A DNA stretch of 64,000 bases. Origin: Eledone cirrhosa (Eukaryota). How positions within the stretch are numbered: position 1 is the first letter of the stretch; each line of letters begins with the position of its first letter. The stretch lies in contig OZ024755.1 in the NCBI GenBank assembly GCA_964016885.1, positions 4,402,001-4,466,000 of the forward strand. Reading direction: 5' to 3'. A program made the translations under genes and the position numbers. Positions 1 through 13,700 of the stretch are shown here, piece after piece. Below the pieces are notes generated by a model that worked only from the letters and a program-made list of their open reading frames with translations, did not search any database and was not told the DNA's origin.

Positions 1-140
1 ACACAGTGTACTCGGTGTATTTATCATGTAGATTACCAATACTGTCTAATAACTGAAATCAGCAAAATAAAAAAAAGGATACAATTGATACATTTGTCAC
101 TAATTTATGTTTTATTTTTTTTCTATTTATTTTTATTTAG

Positions 141-2398
141 AAAACAGTTATATAGTAGTGTGAAAGACATTGTTAATCGCGTGACCAAACATTGTTTTCC
201 TCTTAATCAGAAAATATTTACAGTATACCAGAAATATCATCAGTGAGTACATTTTAAAATTATCTAAATTTGCTGCCCTATTGTCCTTCCTTATTGTTAA
301 TGTATGTAGCTTAGTGGTTAGTGTGTTGGGCTCAGAGTCATACATACTGTTGAGAGTTTGATTCCCACACCATTTGGCATGGTTTCTATGTCTGGATGCC
401 CTTCTTAAGACTAACTTTTTTACAGAGTATATTGTGACACCAAACACTAGAGGGAGGTTATTGTGTCAATTTTACAAAGTATATTGTGGTATTAAACACT
501 AGGGAGAGGTTGTGGTACCAAACAAATCATGTTTTATTATTATTTCCTCACCAGAGACTATCTGGAGACTGAGCGTCAATTAACAGAAATGTATGATGAA
601 ATAAAGAGTCTTACTGAAAACATACAGGAATTAAATGGTTGTTTAACATCCCCTGTAAGTAGCTTTTTTTTTGTTTTGTTTTAATCTGTAAATTATAATC
701 AATGTGGTTTGTTAACTGGCTTACCAATGTATACAGTGTGTTTATTGCCTTAGGTGTCAGACACTCAATATATATCAGAAACAATACTGAAGGAAAAGGA
801 AAAAACAATGATAATATGATAATTGTTTCTACTTTGGGCACAAGGCCAGCGATTATCCCAGTGCATTACTGGTACTTTATTTTATCGACCCCCGTAAGGA
901 TGAAAGCCAAAGTTAACCTCAGCGGGATTTGAACTCAGACCGTAAAGAGCCATAACTCTATGCTGCAAAGCATGGCGTCCAACCCTCTACCGATATTGCC
1001 AATCCACCTCAACAATGATAATGATAATATTAACCAGTAGCAGCAGCAGCAACAAGATCTTCCAACATAATTTTATATAGTAACTATATGTTAAGCTACT
1101 ATTTTGGTAATGAAATAATTTGAGTAAATCTCTTGAAATTCTTCATTATTTAATTGAGTGTATTTCATGAGACATAGGGTTACAAAAGGACAACACATTC
1201 TATGGTCCTTCTTCAACCCAAGTACCTGACTAAAATGTTTTAAATAAACATCGTTTTAACCCTTTCATGACCACATTTAAAATAATAATGAAATTATTGT
1301 GTACAGTGCTCAGGTGCACTACAACTCATCAAAGGTGTATGTATAGTACATAGAATAATATACAAATGTCAGGGAAGTGAATAGTGTATGAGTCATGATA
1401 TACATGTGTGTATGGAGGGGGAATATTAGGTGTAGTGTTGGCGAATCTCAGGAAGCATGGAGATTTTAAAGGATTTCTAATGAAATTCTCTATTTAAATT
1501 AATTAATGAAGAATTTTGAGGAATTTACTTAAATGATCAATTATTTCATTACTAAGATAGTAACTTAATATAAAATTATGCTAGAAGATTTTAATTTAAA
1601 TTATTTGAGGAAGTAAAGCCAGGTTGGTAACAAAAGGATTAACCCATATTTTGAAGTATTTTAGAAGATATGGCAACATTTTATTGTTTTCTTTTTCTTC
1701 CTATAGTTCATAAGAGAAGAAAGAATGATAGAGCCTAAGGTAAGACAAGATTCTTTCTCTAATTACGAATTTCATCATCATCATTATATGTCCATTTTGG
1801 CATGGGTTGGACAGGTAGCTGCAACCCATGACGAGACAAGTTACATAACATCTTGCTTATACATTGCATATTTTGTCATGGTTTCTATGGCTGGATGCCC
1901 TTCCTAAAACTAATCATCATAAAGAGTGTACATGGTGCATTTTAGTATGACAACCAACACTACCATTTTACAGAGTGTACTGGATGCATTTTATCGTGTC
2001 AACTAGTACTACCATTTTACAGAGTGTACTGGATGCATTTTATCGTGTCAACTAGTACTACCATTTTACAGAGTGTACTGGGTGCATTTTATCGTGTCAA
2101 CTAGTACTTCCAGTTTACAGAGTGTACTGGGTGCATTTTATTGTGGTGGTGACAGTGATGATGACGATGGTGATGATAACGGTGAGAAGGAGAAAGAAAT
2201 TCAGTAAGTCAAGAAAGTTTTGTTTTTTTTAAATTTTCCTTTTTGTTTTCAATTTTCCCAGCTTGTACCAGAGAAAGTAAAGAATAAAAAAGAGAAAAAA
2301 CAAGCTATTCTTAGAACGTAAGTAATATATTTTCATATTGTTGTCTTGGTGGGATTGGTGGCATATATATATATATATATGAAAGTATAGAAATTATT

Positions 2399-2475
<77 letters not shown>

Positions 2476-2781
2476 TTTTCCAACATGAATGGACCTTTTA
2501 TTTTTCTATAAAAATATTTTTTCCAATTCTGCCCCACCCGTCCCCTCAATCTTTCTAATTTCTCAATCTTTCTTCTGATGAAGGACTAGCGTCCGAAACG
2601 TTAAGACCCTCTTCCTGCTATATCAAGCATTAAACTAATATATTCCTTTGATATACTGTACCAATTGTGTTGTCATTTTTGTTTAACTTTTACACATATA
2701 CATACATACATACATATATATATATATATAAATATAATCATCATATATATATATATTTATATATGTATGTATATATATATG

Positions 2782-2814
<33 letters not shown>

Positions 2815-3055
2815 GTATGTATTTATTAAAATAACAGATTAAAGTTTAAGCAAAGAATCGTTGCTTTCACCCTTAACGGAATCTTCTGAAACTATATATG
2901 TATGTATATATATATGTATATATATACATATATGTATGTAAATATATATATATATATATATATATGTAAATATATATATATATATATTTAAATATATATA
3001 TATATGTATGTATATATGTATGTATATGTATGTATATATATGTATATATATGTAT

Positions 3056-3107
<52 letters not shown>

Positions 3108-3124
3108 GTATATATATACATATG

Positions 3125-3175
<51 letters not shown>

Positions 3176-4652
3176 GTATATATATATACTGGACCGAGAC
3201 CTTTGGCGGTACTCAGTAATAGAGAAGACCCGCGTTACCTAAATACAAAGTAAAAACCTACTACAGTCAGTAGGCATCTCTATCAAAACACCCCCCCGTC
3301 CCACCACCTCCACCCCATCCACACCGCCCCTTTCAATGTACAGTTATGTTGGTCCCACAACATCCAGGCCGAAACAAATGAGATCGTGTAGGTGTCACGA
3401 CAAAAAAACACACAGTCCACGCTGTAAATGTGGCCGTGTAGGCAACACGGTAAAAACCTCCCAGCCCCACACTGTAAATGTGGTTGGTGTTAGGAAGGGC
3501 ATCCAGCTGTAGAAAACCTGCCAGACAGTCCACGCTGTAATGTGGCCGTGTAGGCAACACGGTAAAAACCTCCCAGCCCCACACTGTAAATGTCGTTGGT
3601 GTTAGGAAGGGCATCCAGCTGTAGAAAACCCGCCAGACAGTCCACGCTGTAATGTGGCCGTGTAGGCAACACGGTAAAAACCTCCCAGCCCCACACTGTA
3701 AATGTGGTTGGTGTTAGGAAGGGCATCCAACTGTAGAAAACCTGCCAGACAGTCCACGCTGTAATGTGGCCGTGTAGGCAACACGGTAAAAACCTCCCAG
3801 CCCCACACTGTAAATGTGGTTGGTGTTAGGAAGGGCATCCAACTGTAGAAAACCTGCCAGACAGTCCACGCTGTAATGTGGCCGTGTAGGCAACACGGTA
3901 AAAACCTCCCAGCCCCACACTGTAAATGTGGTTGGTGTTAGGAAGGGCATCCAGCTGTAGAAAACCCGCCAGACAGTCCACGCTGTAATGTGGCCGTGTA
4001 GGCAACACGGTAAAAACCTCCCAGCCCCACACTGTAAATGTGGTTGGTGTTAGGAAGGGCATCCAGCTGTAGAAAACCCGCCAGACAGTCTACGCTGTAA
4101 TGTGGCCGTGTAGGCAACACGGTAAAAACCTCCCAGCCCCACACTGTAAATGTGGTTGGTGTTAGGAAGGGCATCCAGCTGTAGAAAACCCGCCAGACAG
4201 TCCACGCTGTAATGTGGCCGTGTAGGCAACACGGTAAAAACCTCCCAGCCCCACACTGTAAATGTGGTTGGTGTTAGGAAGGGCATCCAGCTGTAGAAAA
4301 CCCGCCAGACAGTCCACGCTGTAATGTGGCCGTGTAGGCAACACGGTAAAAACCTCCCAGCCCCACACTGTAAATGTGGTTGGTGTTAGGAAGGGCATCC
4401 AGCTGTAGAAAACCCGCCAGACAGTCCACGCTGTAATGTGGCCGTGTAGGCAACACGGTAAAAACCTCCCAGCCCCACACTGTAAATGTGGTTGGTGTTA
4501 GGAAGGGCATCCAACTGTAGAAAACCCGCCAGACAGTCCTATGCGAGCAAGACAACCACTCTTGCCTCAAGTGGGAAAACCCCCGTCCAAACGCATGCAA
4601 GCGTGGAACACGGATGCTAAACCTGATGATGATGATGATGATGATGATATAC

Positions 4653-4710
<58 letters not shown>

Positions 4711-4747
4711 GTATATATATATGTATATATATATATATATATATACG

Positions 4748-4786
<39 letters not shown>

Positions 4787-4787
4787 G

Positions 4788-4820
<33 letters not shown>

Positions 4821-7800
4821 GTATATATATATATGTATATATATATATATACGTATGTATATATATGTATATATATGTATGTATATATATGTATATGTCT
4901 GTGGGGCGCAGCACCAACACTGCCCCACCCTAGGCCCAAGAACACATCATCACCCCCTCCCCCCTATCCCATTCTTCTGTCACTCTAGTGTCCTTGCTTT
5001 TCCCTTCCTTTTCCATTTTTAAATATTTGTAGAGTTTTTCTAGTTATTTTATAGTCATTCATTCATGTAGTTACTCATTAGATTGTGTATATTACTACAA
5101 AACTACCAGCCCGGCTCTGAAGACGCTTTGTCCTCGAGGACGCACCCTAATTTTGACAACCAAAAATTTGAAAAAAAATAATAAACGGCCTACAGGACGC
5201 AAGGTAGATTTTTTAGACTTATTTTAGGAAAAAAGTAGCGTCTTCTACGCCGGGAAATACGGTGTATACAGAAAAAAAAATTCAATGTGTTAAAGGCGTA
5301 GTCACAATATTTCAGCTAGTAAGACCTACATAGCATGTGTTTGTTGAAGCATGACTATTAGAAACTATTCCACAACAATGACACTAACAGCTACTATACT
5401 ACTTCATACACTCCTACACATCTTTCAACTCTTTTACCACAGTATAACTTGTACATTTTTTTCTCTCTTTTATGAGGTTTTTTTTTTAAAAACTAGGATC
5501 TGTTTCAAAATAATGACATGACATCATCATCATCATCATCATTTTACGTCCGCTCTTCCCTGTTTGCAAGGGTGGGACATGTATTACTCTATATATACTA
5601 TTGTATTTTCATGGTAAATGCTTTATCTCACTTAATATCTCACATAATATCGAATCTATGAGATTTTGAAAGTATTTATTTTGAGAACAATACCTTAACA
5701 TCAGTTTGAGCGACCAGTTACAGCCAGTTTCAACAGAAAAAGTCCCTGACATTTGTGTATTATTCTATGTACTATATTGACGAGTTGTAGTGCACCTGAG
5801 CACTTTACACAATAATTTCATTATATTATATTATATATATGTGTGGCTGCAGCCTGCATCAGATGTAAAGAGAGAGGAGTAGTGTGAGGTAGTCATAACA
5901 ACTATGGTAGCAACCTGCATCAGTGAATGTTAGATGCTGTTTTCTGTAGTTTGTCATCACCCCTTCCTTCCTCAGTCATCTCTAGTATGTGACGTCATCA
6001 CCCCTTCCTTCCTCAGTCATCTCTAGTGTGTGACGTCATCACCCCTTCCTTCTTCAGTCATCTCTAGTATGTGACGTCATCACCCCTTCCTTCCTCAGTC
6101 ATCTCTAGTGTGTGACGTCATCACCCCTTCTTTCCTCAGTCATCTCTAGTATGTGACGTCATCACCTCTTCCTTCCTCAGTCATCTCTAGTGTGTGACGT
6201 CATCACCCCTTCCTTCCTCAGTCATCTCTAGTGTGTGACGTCATCACCCCTTCCTTCCTCAGTCATCTCTAGTGTGTGACGTCATCACCCCTTCCTTCCT
6301 CAGTCATCTCTAGTGTGTGACGTCATCACTTCTTCCTTCCTCAGTCATCTCTAGTGTGTGATGTCATCACCCCTTCCTTCCTCAGTCATCTCTAGTGTGT
6401 GACGTCATCACCCCTTCCTTCCTCAGTCATCTCTAGTGTGTGACATCATCACCTCTTCCTTCCTCAGTCATCTCTAGTGTGTGACGTCATCACCCCTTCC
6501 TTCCTCAGTCATCTCTAGTGTGTGACGTCATCCCCCCTTCCTTCCTCAGTTATCTCTAGTGTGTGACGTCATCTGTAGTATGTGACGTCATCACCCCTTC
6601 CTTCCTCAGTCATCTCTAGTGTGTGACGTCATCTCTAGTATGTGACGTCATCACCCCTTCCTTCCTCAGTCATCTCTAGTGTGTGACGTCATCACCCCTT
6701 CCTTCCTCAGTCATCTCTAGTGTGTGACGTCATCACCCCTTCCTTCCTCAGTCATCTCTAGTGTGTGACGTCATCACCCCTTCCTTCCTCAGTCATCTCT
6801 AGTGTGTGACGTCATCACCCCTTCCTTCCTCAGTCATCTCTAGTGTGTGACGTCATCACACCTTCCTTCCTCAGTCATCTCTAGTGTGTGACGTCATCAC
6901 CCCTTCCTTCCTCAGTCATCTCTAGTGTGTGACGTCATCACCCCTTCCTTCCTCAGTCATCTCTAGTGTGTGACGTCATCACTTCTTCCTTCCTCAGTCA
7001 TCTCTAGTGTGTGATGTCATCACCCCTTCCTTCCTCAGTCATCTCTAGTGTGTGACGTCATCACCCCTTCCTTCCTCAGTCATCTCTAGTGTGTGACATC
7101 ATCACCTCTTCCTTCCTCAGTCATCTCTAGTGTGTGACGTTATCACCCCTTCCTTCCTCAGTCATCTCTAGTGTGTGACGTCATCACCCCTTCCTTCCTC
7201 AGTTATCTCTAGTGTGTGACGTCATCTGTAGTATGTGACGTCATCACCCCTTCCTTCCTCAGTCATCTCTAGTGTGTGACGTCATCTCTAGTATGTGACG
7301 TCATCACCCCTTCCTTCCTCAGTCATCTCTAGTGTGTGACGTCATGAACCCTTCCTTCCTCAGTCATCTCTAGTGTGTGACGTCATCACCCCTTCCTTCC
7401 TCAGTCATCTCTAGTGTGTGACGTCATCACCCCTTCCTTCCTCAGTCATCTCTAGTGTGTGACGTCATCACCCCTTCCTTCCTCAGTCATCTCTAGTGTG
7501 TGACGTCATCACCCCTTCCTTCCTCAGTCATCTCTAGTGTGTGACGTCATCACCCTTCCTTCCTGTCATCTGCAAGCATTGATAAATAGTAAATTTCTTT
7601 CTTTTATTTTTAATTAAGTTTCACCCCTTTGACAACACTTATCCACCCCCTACAGCAACAGTAACAACAGCAACAGTTGTCCAACCCCCACCTTACACAA
7701 AAGACATAACTATGGTATAGCAAGCATAGCATGTGCCATGGGTGCCACTTCGACTAGGAGCACTCTCCATTAAAGTCAGATAAGATCTTCTCTGAGAGTG

Positions 7801-8633
7801 AAAAAGGGAAACTTCTTCAGATATATGATCTGTCTTAGATTATCTTCGGTGAGAAGCACCCTTAGCAGAAGGAGCAATATCACATAAAGTGTCTCACTTA
7901 AAGACAAAGGCCAGTAGTTTGGCAGTATCGGTAGAGTGTCAGACATGATGCTTTGCAGCATAGTTACGGCCCTTTACGTTCTGAGTTCAAATCCTGCCGA
8001 GGTTAGCTTTGCCTTTCATCCTTACGGGGTTGATAAAATAAAGTACCAGTAATGCACTGGGGTAATTGCTGGCCTTGTGCCAAAAGTAGAAATATTACTT
8101 AAAGACAAAACACATTGCCCAGTCTAGGAATCAAACACAGAACATCATGATGGCAAATCCAATTCTTTAACCACTAAGCCACACATCTACACAATTTATA
8201 TATTTAGTCAACTCTTAATGGTGAAAATTTGACTAGTTTGCCTAGTGTTTGGTCTTTCTATTGCTGATACTATCTACTGGTCACAACTCCAGACAGTAGA
8301 GTCTTTAGATTCAGTCAACCGTGCATCATTGTCTACACAAAAACCCACTGTAACATTGTGTATGGAAAAGATTTTTATTCGGAATTCATAGTATCCAGAA
8401 TTAACTGATTTGTAAAAGGAATTATTTTTGTAGGTTATCAAAAGGTAAAAACAAGGGAACCTGTAAAAATTTAAAATCTAATACCAATACCAGCGATGAG
8501 TTCAGGTTTGAATATATTACATTACAAGTTTGTTATTCGCTGACCTATTCTGTGATATATCGGGACTCATCCTTTCATTAATGTTACTATATATGATTGA
8601 CGACTTTCAATAATTCTTTCATGCTTACATACA

Positions 8634-8727
<94 letters not shown>

Positions 8728-9158
8728 GGGATAACAAGTTATCATTTTAGGTAATCCAGTTAGAGGTTGTGGGTACTCTGTACTATGGATAGTTTTAACG
8801 TACGGCGTTGTTTGACTCAACAAGAGGTTTCCTTAGTTAGGTAGAAAGTTTACGAGAATTCCCATGGAGGTTATTCTTGGAGTAATAGTAGTGAAAGAGT
8901 GAAGAATAACATGGTCGGCTGTACAAAAAGGGTTTTATTTACAGTATTAACAATTGTTTCATTGATCAGGTGAGTCTAACGGCCACTAATCACTCAAAGT
9001 TGATTCCGATGATTTGATCAGACACACACTGTATTTAAGGTCGAGTGACGCAACTTCGAGTGATTAGCGGTCTTTAGACTCACCTGATCAATGAAACAAT
9101 TGTTAATACTGTAAATAAAACCCTTTTTGTACAGCCGACCATGTTATTCTTCACTCTT

Positions 9159-9193
<35 letters not shown>

Positions 9194-9509
9194 TAAAATA
9201 ACAGATTAAAGTTTAAGCAAAGAATCGTTGCTTTCACCCTTAACGGGATCTTCTGAAACTAACAAAGTCAATCTGTAAACGCAGAAGTGGATATTTCAAA
9301 AAACGTTGCAACCGGAGGAAGACAGGAAGACGTTTACAGATTGACTTTTTTAGTTTCAGAAGATCCCGTTAAGGGTGAAAGCAGCGATTCTTTGCTTAAA
9401 CTTTAATCTGTTATTTTAATAAATATTTGCTCTACGGTTCTTATATATTTGATATATATTTATCCTTATCGAGCCCTCTTTGGATTTTAGTCTTCAAATT
9501 TATTATTAT

Positions 9510-9569
<60 letters not shown>

Positions 9570-10744
9570 AAGTTATATGGTTTGTTGATTATTCAACAAA
9601 GTTAATTTTACAACAGATTAGAAGCACTCTACAGTTTAACTGGAGTATCATTAATATTAATAATATTAATAAATGGAAAATATCTTTATAACAGCATATT
9701 TATTTTATTATACGTATTTCAAGGGTACTAATATTTAAGTACGCTTTTGTCAGATAAAATATAATAATTGGTGTTAAGATAGTGACATATCTTCATGTTA
9801 ACTTAATGGCATAAATCCTAGAAAGGTTCAACACTCAAGGGATATATGCTAATAAGGATAACGTTAAAACTGAAAAAAGCCGTTAAGTTTAGATGCTAGA
9901 TAGATTTTAAATACTTATTTAATTTTTTTTAATATATATGTATATATATATATATTTATGTATATGTGTGTGTGTGCGCGTGAATGATTTTTAGTTATTG
10001 ATTTCACTAAATAATTATTTATGTTTTGCTTCTCTTTTTAATATTCTCTATAATAAATATATTAACACTAACTTAAATATAGTTTAAACCTATCAATATA
10101 TTATAGACACTCAGTTGGAAAAGGAGTTGTACCTGTAATTCATAAGGCCAGCAGTTCTGTTACACCGAATCTCCCTGATAATTACTTTATTGTTATATGT
10201 GTTTGTGGAATACTTAGCTACTTGGTACATTAATTTCACAGATAGGTTGTTAACATTTAGAACAGACATCATTGGAATAGGCAGAGGTGAAACAAACAAA
10301 TATCTTGTATACCGTAACCTTTCTCCATCTTAACATCAACATCACCATTGACTCTACAATCATAATGGCCATTTTACCATTGATCAGAAATACATTTTTA
10401 CATGTGCTTCATTCAATTTTACATCACATCATTTGTGAGGACCAATATTTTATTTTATCTTCATGGAGTATCTCTTATCTTAGGTATTCTGATCCATCAC
10501 CTGAAAACATTTCAACCCACCCGGTAATATTTCTGTCAGAAACTGGTAGCTTAGGTACCCAACTTTATTATCATTATTTGGACAGCTGGGAGCTTTTATA
10601 GTACAACGCATTTATTTTCAGCAAACAAATATATATAAATAATATATAATAGCACATTGCACTATAGTGAATTACATAACAATATATTCTTCTCTAATCT
10701 TCTGCAAGCCTTGCCTAACTTTCCATTTCCCAGTTTATATTATA

Positions 10745-10791
<47 letters not shown>

Positions 10792-13700
10792 TTTTGTTGT
10801 GAAAAGCTGCTACAATTCATATATTGCCGATAAAATAGTTGTGTAAGTTGGGTAAATTACTTTTGGAAATGGAAAATATTGGACATAGATACCTGCACGA
10901 ATTGATTCCCACGTGTGCTGTATGCCAAATGGCTATCGTAGTCATTGCACCTTAACAAACTAGTCAAACTTTCACCACCTGAATAGAAGTCTTAACAGTT
11001 GATTAAATATATAAATTGTGAAGGTGTGTAGCTTAGTGGTTAAAGAATTGAATTTACAATCGCAAGGTTACAAGTTTGATTCCTGGACCACATGATGTGT
11101 TATGTCCTTGAGCAAGACACTTTACTTCATGTTGCTCTTTCTGCCAAGAGTTGCGACCAGTAGGTAGTATCAGCAATGGAAATACCAATGGAAACATTGT
11201 TTCCTTGGTCCAATTGGATTAGCTCCACTCCACTCGGTAAGTGAATGAGGTCTGGGATCTTGTCAATTGATTAAGAAAACAGAGAAATATATAGATAACC
11301 CTGATAAGTTTATGAAGAATCCTGCAAGCATCATTCTCTATCTTGTTTCATCTCTAGGGGTATTTTACCAAACTTATTCAACTATTTTATAATTAATGTA
11401 TGAATTATGGCAGATTTTCACAACAGAAGCAAATATATTTAAAACTTTCAATCTTGCCCATTTTCTTTCTTTATACATATATATATATAGAGCACTCTTT
11501 TTTCCTGTACCTTTCCGATGGAAATACTTCACATATATATATATATATGTATAGAAATGGCTTCTACAGGACTAAAACTGTTTCATTTGAGATAAATATA
11601 TATAACATTCTATGCTGCTTTTATCTGCTGTTCTGATGTTTTTACTAAGTCTCTGTGTTGTTAACTAAGGTGCTTGGTAGAAACTTCTTTTAACACTGTG
11701 ATCATGTATTTGCTGTTGTTGTTGTATTTTGGTCAGACCTAATAATACCAAAAGATGAATATCTGAAAGTTATGAAAAGGTATCAAAATAACAGGTATTG
11801 GTGTGAAGTGTAAAAGATGATCTGGTGATAACAACAGAGAGCATGGATAAGAAATAAAGGAAAATATGAATAGGTGGAAGGAATGTATAATGGCAACAGG
11901 TGTGTAATGACGATGGGAAGTGGTAAAGCATATAGCGAGGTGGACAGAACAGGAAAATGGCTGTAATGCAGTGAGGGCATTGCAGTGAATTTCATTAAAT
12001 GTATGATATATAGTTGTGTGAAAGGATTATTAAATAATGTGGCAGTTACATTAAAGTGCAAGAGGTGTGTGGGGGGACAATCTGCAGATGGAGAGGGTTT
12101 ATAAGTTGGATCTTAGGAATGGTGTGAAGGTGGAAGGTAGGAAAACATTTTGTTATATTGGAAGATATTGAATGGAGCGGGTGGATCAGACTCTGTGATA
12201 GTAACTACAGTAAGATGTACAAGAAAGAAGTTCCAAAAACTGAATGGTGTGATGAAGAAGGCAATGTTCCTGAAACTGAAGAGAATGGTGCGTGTTGTAT
12301 GTGTGAGAAGTGCCATGATTTATGGAAGTGAGACATGGGTGATGGATGAGTGGAGGAGTGTCATTGAGAGAGAAAGACAAACATTGAATTGCAAGGGATG
12401 ATGAGAACAAAACTAGCGATGACTATTGTGAAGAGAAAAGAAATGAGATGGTTGGGTCATGTGTTGAGGAAGGATGAAAGTGACTGGGTGGGAGGAGTGA
12501 TGGAAATAAATGTGGAAGGAAGGAAAGGAAGAAGATCAAGAAAGACATGGCTGAAGATGATGGAAGAGGAAATGGAAACCAGGGTTTTGATGAAGGTGTT
12601 GGGGGATGAAATGTCATGGAAAATGGAGAAGCTTGCCAAGGGGCTTGCAGCTTATAAAGTTAACCCTTGCTTGAGCAGAGAAAGTGGCCTTAAAATACAT
12701 TTGTTATTATCATTATTATTATTGTTGTTATTACTGTCATTATTATTGTTGTTGTTATTATTATTATTGTTACCTTTGCACAGGGGTCAGTTTAATCGAT
12801 CTTCCCACCCCAAAAAATAATTGTTGGCCTCATGCCTAGGTCTTGCCATTATGCACTTTTACTCAAACTTATTGTAAACCCCCACTGTTCCTGTCTTTGT
12901 ATTGTCCCCTACATGTCGGCCCTTGTGGTCAATAAATGAAATCATTATTATTATTCTATAGTTGGGGTGGATTGACAGTATCAGTAGAGGGTCGGACGCC
13001 ATGCTTTGCAGCATAGAGTTACGTCCCTTTATGGTCTGAGTGCAAATTCTGCAGAGATTAACTTTGCCTTTCAACCTTAAGGGGTTGATAAAATAAAGTA
13101 CCAGTAATACGCTGGGGTAATTGCTGGCCTTGTGCCAAAAGTAGAAACAATTATTATTCCATATTTTCTTCTATTTACTACAAAAAAAACTACAATACTT
13201 TCTTAAACATTCCAGATTGTTAGAAGTAAAAACAGATGATTTTGATTCAGAAAAGTTACAAAAGGAAACTAACGATCTTAATGAAAGGTATGTTGTAACA
13301 TTTTATGTATTCACAGGTATTAACAACATCCACCTAATAAAGGTGATGGATCTGTAGAGTCATTAGAGTTGTAGATGCCTTGTGTACTTTATTCCAGCTC
13401 TGTGTACTTTATTCCAGCTCTATGAACTTTCACTTCAAATCCTGCTGAGGTCAACTTTGCTTTTGTGGTCAATAAGACAAGCACCAGTCCAGAGCAGTGG
13501 GTTTCTGACCAGTAAGATGTACCACCAGTCCAATGACATGGTTGTGAAATAAACTTCTTAACCACACAGACATGTCTGTGATTAGATATATTATACAATA
13601 TATATGTAAACCTAAGGAAATTGGTCTTTGAATATCACATTGTGAAGGCGCATGGCTTAGTGGGCTTGCAATCGAAAGGTTGTGAGTTCAATTCTCGGAC

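Noticed and set aside
2873-3253. YI/IY/CV/HT-rich ORFs here and at 4.3-5.0, 43-45.6, 48-49.6 and 62.2-62.6 kb
   Set aside because: Translations of (TA)n/(CA)n microsatellites, not proteins.
3333-4398. Series of near-identical 78-aa ORFs
   Set aside because: Artefact of the 112-bp tandem array; the unit length is not a multiple of 3 and the unit is SINE-derived.
5115-5150. ctgaaga motif suggesting a hammerhead
   Set aside because: No GAAA or stem III follows; it lies within a Tc2/pogo-like terminal region.
5953-7570. CRISPR-like appearance of this array and of 60039-60590
   Set aside because: Units are contiguous with no unique spacers, there are no cas genes, and the context is eukaryotic.
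7619-7714. Possible extra exon ([32 protein letters not shown])
   Set aside because: Open only in phase 0, while the flanking exons need phase 2, where a TAA occurs. Splice signals are weak and no bridging exons were found.
10111-10620. Non-repetitive stretch with short ORFs on both strands
   Set aside because: Multiple stops and no recognisable motif; no call can be supported.
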